A stretch of 64,000 nucleotides of DNA, from positions 2,016,001-2,080,000 of the forward strand of contig CAVQYR010000001.1 in the NCBI GenBank assembly GCA_963718235.1, read 5' to 3'. Made by a program: the position numbers and the translations under genes. This DNA is from an uncultured Actinomycetota bacterium (GTDB taxonomy: Bacteria; Actinomycetota; Actinomycetes; JAHEKZ01). The notes beneath the pieces are model-generated. The model was not told the origin of the DNA. It worked only from the letters and a program-made list of their open reading frames with translations, and searched no databases. Each line of letters begins with the position of its first letter. The stretch's first letter is position 1. Positions 1 to 7,319 of the stretch are shown piece by piece.

Positions 1-99
1 GCCATCGCCCGCTGGCTGGAGGAGCGCGCCGCCCCACTCAACGCGGAGCTGGTCCGAGAGGCGGCACGCGTCTACGTCCGGCGGGGTCTCAGCCGGTGA
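1..99 (+). CDS. Diol/glycerol dehydratase small (gamma) subunit, C-terminal fragment (5' truncated by window)
   Basis: Frame 1 reads AIARWLEERAAPLNAELVREAARVYVRRGLSR*, resembling the PduE/DhaE C-terminus (A.LVREAA.VY..R); GTGA overlap with the reactivase gene. Confidence 0.7.
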   Translation, partial: AIARWLEERAAPLNAELVREAARVYVRRGLSR

Positions 100-1790
100 C
101 CGTTGTCGCCGGGGTGGACATCGGAAACGCGACCACCGAGGTCGTGGTGGCGCGCCTCGACGGCAACGCGCTGGTCCCCGTCGCCTGGGACCGCACGATG
201 ACCCGTGGCGGCAAAGGCTCCCAGTCGTCTGTGGACGGGGCGGCAGCGCTGTTGCGCCGGCTGGAGCGACAGGGGGCCCCATCGCCGACGGTCGTTGCTC
301 TTGCACCGCTGCGACCCGTGGGCACCGAGGCGCTCGTGCTCCCCGAGCCACCCCTCGACACCGGGCGGCTCGTGATCGGTGCCTCCGGGGTTCCGACCGC
401 GGGTGGAGCCGGCCATGGAGTGGGCAGGCCGGTCATGCTCGCCGACCTCACCGGCTCCGGCGCCTCAGCCACCGACACGATCGTCCTGGCGCCGAGCGAC
501 GTCGGCTATCGCGACGTTGCCTCGGCTGTCGCCTCGGCACTGGAGGCAGGGGTGCCCGTGCGTGGCGTCGTCCTGGCCAGCGACGACGCGGTGCTCGTGG
601 CCAACCGGCTGCCGACCGACCTTCCGGTCGTCGACCAGGCGGACGTCGTCGCCCTTCAGCTCTGTCGGAAGGTCATCGTCGAGGTGCGCGCCGCTGGACA
701 ACCGGTGCGGGCGGCCTCCGACGCGCTGCACCTCGCGTCGTCGCTGCACCTCGGTCCTCCGGACGCGACGGCGGTTGCCGTGGTGTGCCGGTCCCTGTTC
801 GACGTGTCGAACGCGGTGGTCGGGGTTCGCGAGGAGCCGGCGCCTCCCGCTGCGTCGATGCCGAGCGCGTGGGTCGAGCTGTCCGACGGGGCGTCACTGC
901 CGATGTCCGAAGCCCATCACCTGCTCCGGGATGGCCCCCCCGGTCTGGCTCACCGGGTCGGCCTCCCAGCGGCGTCCGGGGACCGCGTGCTCGAGGTCGA
1001 CGACCTCGGGACCGTGCATCTGGGCGCAGTGGCGGACGTCGTCGTCAGTCGCTCCGGCAGCACCGTCTCGCGGTCCTACGCGCTGTCCGCACTTCACCGT
1101 GACCCGGTGGTCGTGGCGGCCGCGCAGCTGGGTGAGGCAACCGGTTTGCCGGTGGTCACGGTCGACAGCGAGGCAGCCTCGTCGAGACGAGGTGCCCTGA
1201 CGACACCAGGAGCGACCACGGACTGCGCTGTGGTGGACCTGGGTGGTGGCACGGTCGACGTGACCACCACCGAGGCTGAGACCGTCGTCGCCGGCGCCGG
1301 CGACCTGCTCACCGTCTCCACCGCAGCCACGCTTGGACTGCCCCGAGGAGCGGCCGAGTGGGTCAAGCGGGTGCCGTGCCATCGGGTCGAGACGCCACAC
1401 CTGCTCGTCGGCGAGGACGGGTCGCGCACCTTCGTCGACGGACGTCTGCCCGGTGACCACGTGGGATCCCTGGTGGTGCCCGGACCGGCCGGCTGGCTGG
1501 CCTTCGACCGGTCGTTGGCGGCGGCCGAGTGGCGAGCCCTTCGTCTCGCCCTGAAGCGCGAGGTGCTCGGGGGTGCGGTACGACGGGCGCTGCGCGCCTG
1601 CGGACCGCTGCCCAGCACCGTGGTGCTCGTCGGCGGGCCGGCAGGGGACGACGAGGCCGTGGCCACCGTGTCGCGCGTGCTCCCGGCCCAGACAGCAGTG
1701 GGGCGCGGTAACGTCGCAGGTATGCTCGGGCACCGCTACGCCGTCGCCTTCGGCCTGGCGCTGGGCGCCACGGCGCACCACTCGGCCTGA
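96..1790 (+). CDS. Diol dehydratase reactivating factor alpha subunit (DdrA/PduG-like, ASKHA ATPase)
   Basis: N-terminal VAGVDIGNATTEV, VVDLGGGTVD, AGAGDLLT, AEWVKR and C-terminal GNVAG..G.RYAVAFGL motifs. Confidence 0.88.
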   Translation: MTVVAGVDIGNATTEVVVARLDGNALVPVAWDRTMTRGGKGSQSSVDGAAALLRRLERQGAPSPTVVALAPLRPVGTEALVLPEPPLDTGRLVIGASGVPTAGGAGHGVGRPVMLADLTGSGASATDTIVLAPSDVGYRDVASAVASALEAGVPVRGVVLASDDAVLVANRLPTDLPVVDQADVVALQLCRKVIVEVRAAGQPVRAASDALHLASSLHLGPPDATAVAVVCRSLFDVSNAVVGVREEPAPPAASMPSAWVELSDGASLPMSEAHHLLRDGPPGLAHRVGLPAASGDRVLEVDDLGTVHLGAVADVVVSRSGSTVSRSYALSALHRDPVVVAAAQLGEATGLPVVTVDSEAASSRRGALTTPGATTDCAVVDLGGGTVDVTTTEAETVVAGAGDLLTVSTAATLGLPRGAAEWVKRVPCHRVETPHLLVGEDGSRTFVDGRLPGDHVGSLVVPGPAGWLAFDRSLAAAEWRALRLALKREVLGGAVRRALRACGPLPSTVVLVGGPAGDDEAVATVSRVLPAQTAVGRGNVAGMLGHRYAVAFGLALGATAHHSA

Positions 1791-1825
1791 GGCATTCGCA
1801 CGGCCCGTGGGTCAGTACCGGTGGG

Positions 1826-3493
1826 TCAGATGCCGGTGGTGACCTCGACCGTGCCGTCGGCGATCGCCTGGGTGAGCTCGGCGTAGTCGCGCTCGGCCTG
1901 GTCCGCGTACTGCTCGGCGAAGCTCACGACGGCCTGGCCGAACGTGTCGTCGTCACCGAGGTAGGTGCTGATCGCCAGCACGTCGCCTCCGCGAGCGTGC
2001 GCGCGGGCGAGAGTGGCGCCGCAGAGCCGGGCGTAGGCCACCAGGCCGATCGGCTGGATCTTGGTCAGGTCCAGGCTTCCCTTCATGTCATGCAGCTGAC
2101 GCACGAAGAAGTCGTTGCCGGCGGGGCCTCTTGTCCAGCCCAGGAAGATGTCGCTGGCCGCCTGCATGTACCGCTGCCCTTGAACCACCCGCTCACCGTG
2201 GTTCTCGAACGCGCTCGGCCGAAGGTGCGGCTCCAGTACGGACTGGCTCGCCTGCTTGACCTGGAGCACCAGCGGGTCGTCGACGTCGCGGCCTTCCATC
2301 AGCATGATGAACGCGCGTGTGCCGACGCTGCCCACACCGACGACCTTGCGGGCGAAGTCGGTCCAGCGGTACCGCTCGAGCAGCCAGCGCCGGTCGTTCT
2401 GCAGGGTGGCCCGGTATTGGGTGTAGACGGCCTCGAGCTGCTCCCGTTCCCGCGGTGCGGGGGTCTGACGGACCAGGACGGGAGGTTGGTCGAGGAACCG
2501 GCGCTCGCCGTCGACGACCTCGGTGAGCTTCTCAGCGGCGCGCAAGGACGTCTTGCCGCGGGCCTTGTCGAAGATGCTGGACAGCTTGGCTTCGCCCTTC
2601 TTGGCGACCTTCTTGGACGGCGCGAGCCGCAGAATCGCGTCCCGGATCTCCTGGGCGTCGATCTTGGTGTACCAGATCTCGAGGTTGCCCATCTGGGCCA
2701 GCTCACCCATGATGTTTCGGTACGACTCAACGGCCGCCAGAGCCGCCGCCCGGCCCTCCTTGCGCTTGAACCCCCGGTCGCGGGCAGCGAGCAGGACCGA
2801 GACCACAAGCCGTTTCACGTCCCACTCGAACGGGCCTGGGAGAGTCTCGTCGAAGTCGTTGACATCGAACACCAGGTCGCGCTCGGGGGAGCCGAAGAAG
2901 CCGAAGTTCGACAGATGCGCGTCACCGCAGATCTGGGTGCCGCCCGGGGTGTACGGCTGCTGGGCCAGGTCATAAGCCATCACCGCGGCCGACCCACGGT
3001 AGAAGGAGAACGCCGAGGCGCTCATCCGTCCGTAGCGCAGCGGTACGAGGTCGGACAGCCGGTTGGTGTCCTGGGCCTGGAGCATGCCCAAGGCGCTGGG
3101 TCGGCCTGGGTCCACGTCGAACCGCGCTTGCCCCTCCAACGGCGCGACCTGGCGCCACTGCATGCCTCGCGCGATCCGCTCGTCGAACGTGCGGTGCGGG
3201 TGGAGCCTCGCTGTCGAGCTCGTCGGCCGGGTCTTGGTGGCGGCCGCCTTCTTGGCCGGCGCCCGCTTCGTCGGCGTCTTCTTCGCTGTGACCTTCTTGG
3301 CCGGCGCCCGCTTCGAGGGGGCCTTCTTGGCGGCCGTCGAACGAGCCGCAGTTGTCCGTACCGGCGCCTTCTTGGCCGCCGTCTTCTTGGCCGCCGTCTT
3401 CTTGACTGCGGCCTTCTTTGCTGGGGTCTTCTTCGCCGGGGTCTGCTTCGCGGTTGAAGACGTGCCCTGAGGCGCCACGGTGGGCTCAGACAT
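1826..3493 (-). CDS. DUF2252 kinase-like protein with N-terminal Lys/Ala-rich histone-H1-like tail
   Basis: LVPLRYGRM, FYRGSAAVMA, CGDAHLSNFG, FDVNDFDE, KVVGVGSVG, LARAHAR motifs; ATG at 3493 with GGGGAG upstream. Confidence 0.88.
   Translation of the reverse strand: MSEPTVAPQGTSSTAKQTPAKKTPAKKAAVKKTAAKKTAAKKAPVRTTAARSTAAKKAPSKRAPAKKVTAKKTPTKRAPAKKAAATKTRPTSSTARLHPHRTFDERIARGMQWRQVAPLEGQARFDVDPGRPSALGMLQAQDTNRLSDLVPLRYGRMSASAFSFYRGSAAVMAYDLAQQPYTPGGTQICGDAHLSNFGFFGSPERDLVFDVNDFDETLPGPFEWDVKRLVVSVLLAARDRGFKRKEGRAAALAAVESYRNIMGELAQMGNLEIWYTKIDAQEIRDAILRLAPSKKVAKKGEAKLSSIFDKARGKTSLRAAEKLTEVVDGERRFLDQPPVLVRQTPAPREREQLEAVYTQYRATLQNDRRWLLERYRWTDFARKVVGVGSVGTRAFIMLMEGRDVDDPLVLQVKQASQSVLEPHLRPSAFENHGERVVQGQRYMQAASDIFLGWTRGPAGNDFFVRQLHDMKGSLDLTKIQPIGLVAYARLCGATLARAHARGGDVLAISTYLGDDDTFGQAVVSFAEQYADQAERDYAELTQAIADGTVEVTTGI
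3231..3450 (-). repeat. Degenerate 15-bp (5-aa) coding repeat, (T/A)(A/P)AKK
   Basis: Repeated cttcttggccg units encoding KKTPAKKAAVKKTAAKKTAAKKAP... Confidence 0.85.
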
Positions 3494-3611
3494 GGTTCTC
3501 CCCTGCTCGACTGCCCCAAGAATGCCCGTCACGAGCCTCCGCGCACAACGCGGGTCACTGCATTGACCCCGACGGGGTGAGTCGGCCCCCCGGCTGTGAC
3601 ACCCTGTGGAC

Positions 3612-3863
3612 ATGCAGATCGACGGGATCATCTCCGGCCTTTTCGCTGCCGTGGTCGTCGGTGTCGTCGCCCGCCTGCTCGTCCGTGGCTACCAGCCGAT
3701 CGGCTGCCTGCTCACCCTGCTCATCGGTCTCGTGGGTGCCGCAGTCGGCGCCTGGATCGGCAACGTGTTCGACCTGGCCTGGTTCCTCACCTTCGCCATC
3801 CAGATCCTGATCGGCGCGCTCCTGGTGCTGCCGTTCACCGTCGCCACTCGCGACCGCTTCTAG
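3612..3863 (+). CDS. GlsB/YeaQ/YmgE (transglycosylase-associated) small membrane protein
   Basis: Three hydrophobic segments, G..ARLL.....GCLLTLLIGLVGAAVGAWI pattern; alternative GTG start at 3606. Confidence 0.75.
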   Translation: MQIDGIISGLFAAVVVGVVARLLVRGYQPIGCLLTLLIGLVGAAVGAWIGNVFDLAWFLTFAIQILIGALLVLPFTVATRDRF

Positions 3864-4870
3864 TCGGCCTGGTTCGTGAGGGCGACCAGGCGCGACAAGG
3901 CCCGGTAGTACTTCTTCCGGTACCCCCCGCGCAGCATGTCCTCGCTGAAGACCCGGTCGATCGGCACGCCCGAGGTCACCAACGCAACGTCGCGGTCGTA
4001 GAGCCGGTCGGCGAGCACCACGAGGCGCAGGGCGACAGCTTGGTCCGAGACCGGCACCAACGAGGTCCAGCAAGCGGTGGAGACGCCGTCGAGCATGGCG
4101 CCGTAGCGACTGGGGTGCACGGCCGACAGGTGCTCCAGCAGCGCACCGAAGTCGTCGAGCGTGGCGTCGGGTGACTCATTGGCGATCCGGGTGACCTCGC
4201 CCTCGGACAGCGGAGTCGGGGCACCAACCGCGCCACGGTGGCGGTAGTCGTCACCCTCAATGCGCACCACGTCGAAACGGGCGGCCAGGCCCTGGATCTC
4301 CCGGAGGAAGTCGTCGGCGGCGAACCGCTGCTCGCCGAGTCGGTCCGGCAGGGTGTTCGACGTCGCCGCCAGCCGCACCCCCGCCCCGGCGAGCTGACCG
4401 AGGAGGGTGCTCATCAGCACCGTGTCCCCAGGGTCGTCCAGCTCGAACTCGTCGATGCACAGCAGGGTGAGGCGGCTCAGCTCCTCGACCGCTGGACGGA
4501 AGCCGAGCGCACCGACGAGGTGGGTGAGCTCCACGAACGTCGAGAACGCCTTCGGGCCCACCCCGAAGTGCCACAGGGCCGCGAGCAGGTGGGTCTTGCC
4601 CACGCCGAAGCCGCCGTCGAGGTAGACCCCCTGCCGGGACTCCGGAGGCTCGGGTGCCCTGCGGGTCCAGCGACGGCGTGCGGTCGCAGGGGCACCCAGG
4701 CGGTCGGCGAAGACCTCGAGGGCGGCGACGGCGGCGGCCTGCGTCGGCTGGGCCGGGTCGGGCCGGTAGGTGTCGAACCGCACCTGCGAGAACCGCGGCG
4801 GGGGCACCAGCGCCGCAACCAGCTGCTCGGTCGTCACGGCCGGCTGGACATCGACCAGGCGCTTCGGCAC
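3860..4870 (-). CDS. zapE: Cell division ATPase ZapE (AFG1 family)
   Basis: GVYLDGGFGVGKTHLL (Walker A), LCIDEFELDDPGD, ATSN, YRKKYYRALSRL; GTG 4870 preceded by TAGGCT -10. Confidence 0.9.
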   Translation of the reverse strand: MPKRLVDVQPAVTTEQLVAALVPPPRFSQVRFDTYRPDPAQPTQAAAVAALEVFADRLGAPATARRRWTRRAPEPPESRQGVYLDGGFGVGKTHLLAALWHFGVGPKAFSTFVELTHLVGALGFRPAVEELSRLTLLCIDEFELDDPGDTVLMSTLLGQLAGAGVRLAATSNTLPDRLGEQRFAADDFLREIQGLAARFDVVRIEGDDYRHRGAVGAPTPLSEGEVTRIANESPDATLDDFGALLEHLSAVHPSRYGAMLDGVSTACWTSLVPVSDQAVALRLVVLADRLYDRDVALVTSGVPIDRVFSEDMLRGGYRKKYYRALSRLVALTNQAD

Positions 4871-4927
4871 GTCGGCCAGCCTAGAGAGGCAGGCGGGGGC
4901 GTGGTCTGCCGTGGCACGATCCGTGGC

Positions 4928-5677
4928 ATGCACCGTCTCCTGGGCGACCCGACCCGCCCTATCGACCTCGAGGCGCTGGCCCACTGGTACGCCTACCCCG
5001 ACCCCTGCCCCCCACGAGGCTGGCTCCGGGCGAACATGGTGACCACGCTCGACGGCGCCGCCACCCACGAGGGAGCCACTTCGGCCCTGTCGACACCGGC
5101 GGACCAGCAGCTGCTCGGGCTCCTGCGCGGCCTCAGTGACGTCGTGGTCGTCGGGGCCGGCACGGTTCGGGCCGAGGGTTACGGCCCCACCAAGGCCCAC
5201 GAGCGACATGCAGCGCGCAGAGCCGCGGCCGGACAGCTGGTGGCGCCGGTGATCGCCATCGTGTCGGGGCGGCTCGACCTGGACCCTACGTCTTCCCTGT
5301 TCACCGAGGCCGTGGTACGCCCGGTCGTGGTCACGCATGCGCGGGCCCCAGAGTCCCGTCGGGAGGCACTGGCCGAGGTGGCCGACGTCCTCGTGTGTGG
5401 CGACGAGGGAGTCGATGTCCTGGCCGCGTTGGACGAGCTGGCCGCTCGTGGCCTGCGCCGACAGCTCACCGAGGGAGGACCGCACCTGCTCGCCGACCTG
5501 CTGCGAGCCGACCGGGTCGACGAGCTGGCCCTGACCTTCGCTGCGTCCGTGGCCGGGCCGGGAGCCACCCGCATCGTGGCCGGTCGACCGCAACCCACCG
5601 TGCACCCGATGCGGCTCGTCGGCCTGCTGCAGGACGACAGCACCGTCTTCGCGCGGTACCTGCGGGACGCCGGATGA
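4928..5677 (+). CDS. RibD C-terminal / pyrimidine reductase (DHFR-like) protein
   Basis: WLRANMVTTLDGAA, VVVGAGTVRAEGY, TEGGPHL motifs. Confidence 0.88.
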   Translation: MHRLLGDPTRPIDLEALAHWYAYPDPCPPRGWLRANMVTTLDGAATHEGATSALSTPADQQLLGLLRGLSDVVVVGAGTVRAEGYGPTKAHERHAARRAAAGQLVAPVIAIVSGRLDLDPTSSLFTEAVVRPVVVTHARAPESRREALAEVADVLVCGDEGVDVLAALDELAARGLRRQLTEGGPHLLADLLRADRVDELALTFAASVAGPGATRIVAGRPQPTVHPMRLVGLLQDDSTVFARYLRDAG

Positions 5678-6771
5678 GCCCCCCACCGCCCGTCGTGCCA
5701 CCTCTGGCTCCGATGCTCGCCAAGTCTGTGCCCCGGGTACCGATGCCGGACACCGTCGAGGGTGGGTTCCTCTACGAGCCCAAGTGGGACGGCTTCCGCT
5801 GCATCGTGTTCAAGGACGGCGACGACGTGGTGCTCGGCAGCCGCAACGAGAAGCCGCTCACGCGGTACTTCCCCGAGCTCGTCGAGGCGGCCCGCGCTCA
5901 GCTCGCCGACCGAGTCGTGCTCGACGGTGAGATCGTCGTCGTGCAGGGCGAGCGACTGGAGTTCGAACGGCTGCTCGACCGGATCCATCCGGCGGCCTCT
6001 CGGGTCGAGCGGCTGGCCCGCGAGACACCGGCGTCCTTCGTCGCCTTCGACCTGCTGGCCAGCGGGGAGGAGTCCTGGCTGGAACGCAGCCAGGACGACC
6101 GCCGGGCCGAGCTGCAGCGGCTGCTCCTCGACGTCGAGCCGCCGTTCCACGTAACACCCGCAACGACCGACCCCGACGTTGCCCAACGCTGGTTCGACCA
6201 GTTCGAGGGTGCGGGTCTCGACGGCGTCGTGGCGAAACCTCGGCTCGCCCCGTACCAGCCCGACAAGCGAGCCTTGTTCAAGGTCAAGCACGGCCGCACC
6301 GCCGACTGCGTGGTCGCCGGCTACCGCTGGCACAAGTCCGGCGACGTGGTCGGCTCGCTGCTGCTCGGCCTGTACGACGGCTCCGGCGCCCTGCACCACG
6401 TGGGCGTCGCCGCGTCCTTCACGATGTCCCGTCGGGCCGAGCTGGTCCGCGAGCTGGCCGAGTACCGGCTGCCCGACGTCGCAGCGCACCCATGGGCGTC
6501 GTGGGCCAACGCCGACTCCGGTGGTGGGACTCCGTCGAGCCGAATGCCCGGTGGGCAGACCCGGTGGAACTCCGGCAAGGACCTGTCCTGGGTCCCCCTT
6601 CGCCCGGAGCTCGTGTGCGAGGTCGCCTACGACCAGCTGCAGGGTGACCGCTTCCGCCACACCGCCCAGTTCCGCCGCTGGCGGCCCGACCGCTCGCCCA
6701 CCTCGTGCACCTACGCACAGCTGGACCAGCCCGTGCGGTACGACCTGCGCGAGGTCCTGGGTCGAGGATGA
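5674..6771 (+). CDS. ligC: ATP-dependent DNA ligase LigC
   Basis: PMLAK, YEPKWDGFR (adenylated Lys), LDGEIV, GLDGVVAK, RFRH..F.RWRPDR; ATGA overlap with upstream gene. Confidence 0.92.
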   Translation: MSPPPPVVPPLAPMLAKSVPRVPMPDTVEGGFLYEPKWDGFRCIVFKDGDDVVLGSRNEKPLTRYFPELVEAARAQLADRVVLDGEIVVVQGERLEFERLLDRIHPAASRVERLARETPASFVAFDLLASGEESWLERSQDDRRAELQRLLLDVEPPFHVTPATTDPDVAQRWFDQFEGAGLDGVVAKPRLAPYQPDKRALFKVKHGRTADCVVAGYRWHKSGDVVGSLLLGLYDGSGALHHVGVAASFTMSRRAELVRELAEYRLPDVAAHPWASWANADSGGGTPSSRMPGGQTRWNSGKDLSWVPLRPELVCEVAYDQLQGDRFRHTAQFRRWRPDRSPTSCTYAQLDQPVRYDLREVLGRG

Positions 6772-7298
6772 GGCAAGATGGCTCCGTGTTGACGATGCTG
6801 GTGCTGACCGAGAGCGCCCTCCTGCCCCATGACGTCGAACGGCTGGTCGGATTGCACGATGACGTCGGCGAGGTCCGGGTCCACATCTGCGTCCCGGCGC
6901 GGTCGGACGGCACCGGTCTCGAGCAGGCCGACGAGCTCGTCGAGGACGTCGCCCGCACCGACTTCAGCGAGCTGAAGGAGGACGTGGAGGGAAACGACCG
7001 CACCCCGGCCGAGCTGAAGGCCCGCGCGAACCGTCACCTGGCCGCATCGGTCGAGGCCCTCGTCGCCGCGGGCTTGGCCGCCGATGGTGAACTGGTCCCC
7101 GACTCCCCGGTCGACCGGGTCGTCGAGATCGCCGAACAGACCGAGGCCGACGAGGTGATCGTGATCACCGCGCCGCACTGGTTGGAGGAGGTGCTGCGCC
7201 GCGACTGGGCCACCAAGATCTACAAGCGGCTCAAGCACGACCACCGAGAGATCCCGGTCCTCCACTTCATCGCGGGCACCGACACCATCGTGCGCTGA
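6768..7298 (+). CDS. Conserved actinobacterial protein, USP-like fold
   Basis: ADEVIVITAPHWLEEVLRRDWA...IPVLH motif; ATGA overlap with ligC. Confidence 0.7.
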   Translation: MRQDGSVLTMLVLTESALLPHDVERLVGLHDDVGEVRVHICVPARSDGTGLEQADELVEDVARTDFSELKEDVEGNDRTPAELKARANRHLAASVEALVAAGLAADGELVPDSPVDRVVEIAEQTEADEVIVITAPHWLEEVLRRDWATKIYKRLKHDHREIPVLHFIAGTDTIVR

Positions 7299-7319
7299 CG
7301 CCGGCGGGGCCGACCACCG

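Noticed and set aside
6768-7298. Indole-3-glycerol phosphate synthase label often given to this family
   Set aside because: Too short and lacks TrpC TIM-barrel motifs
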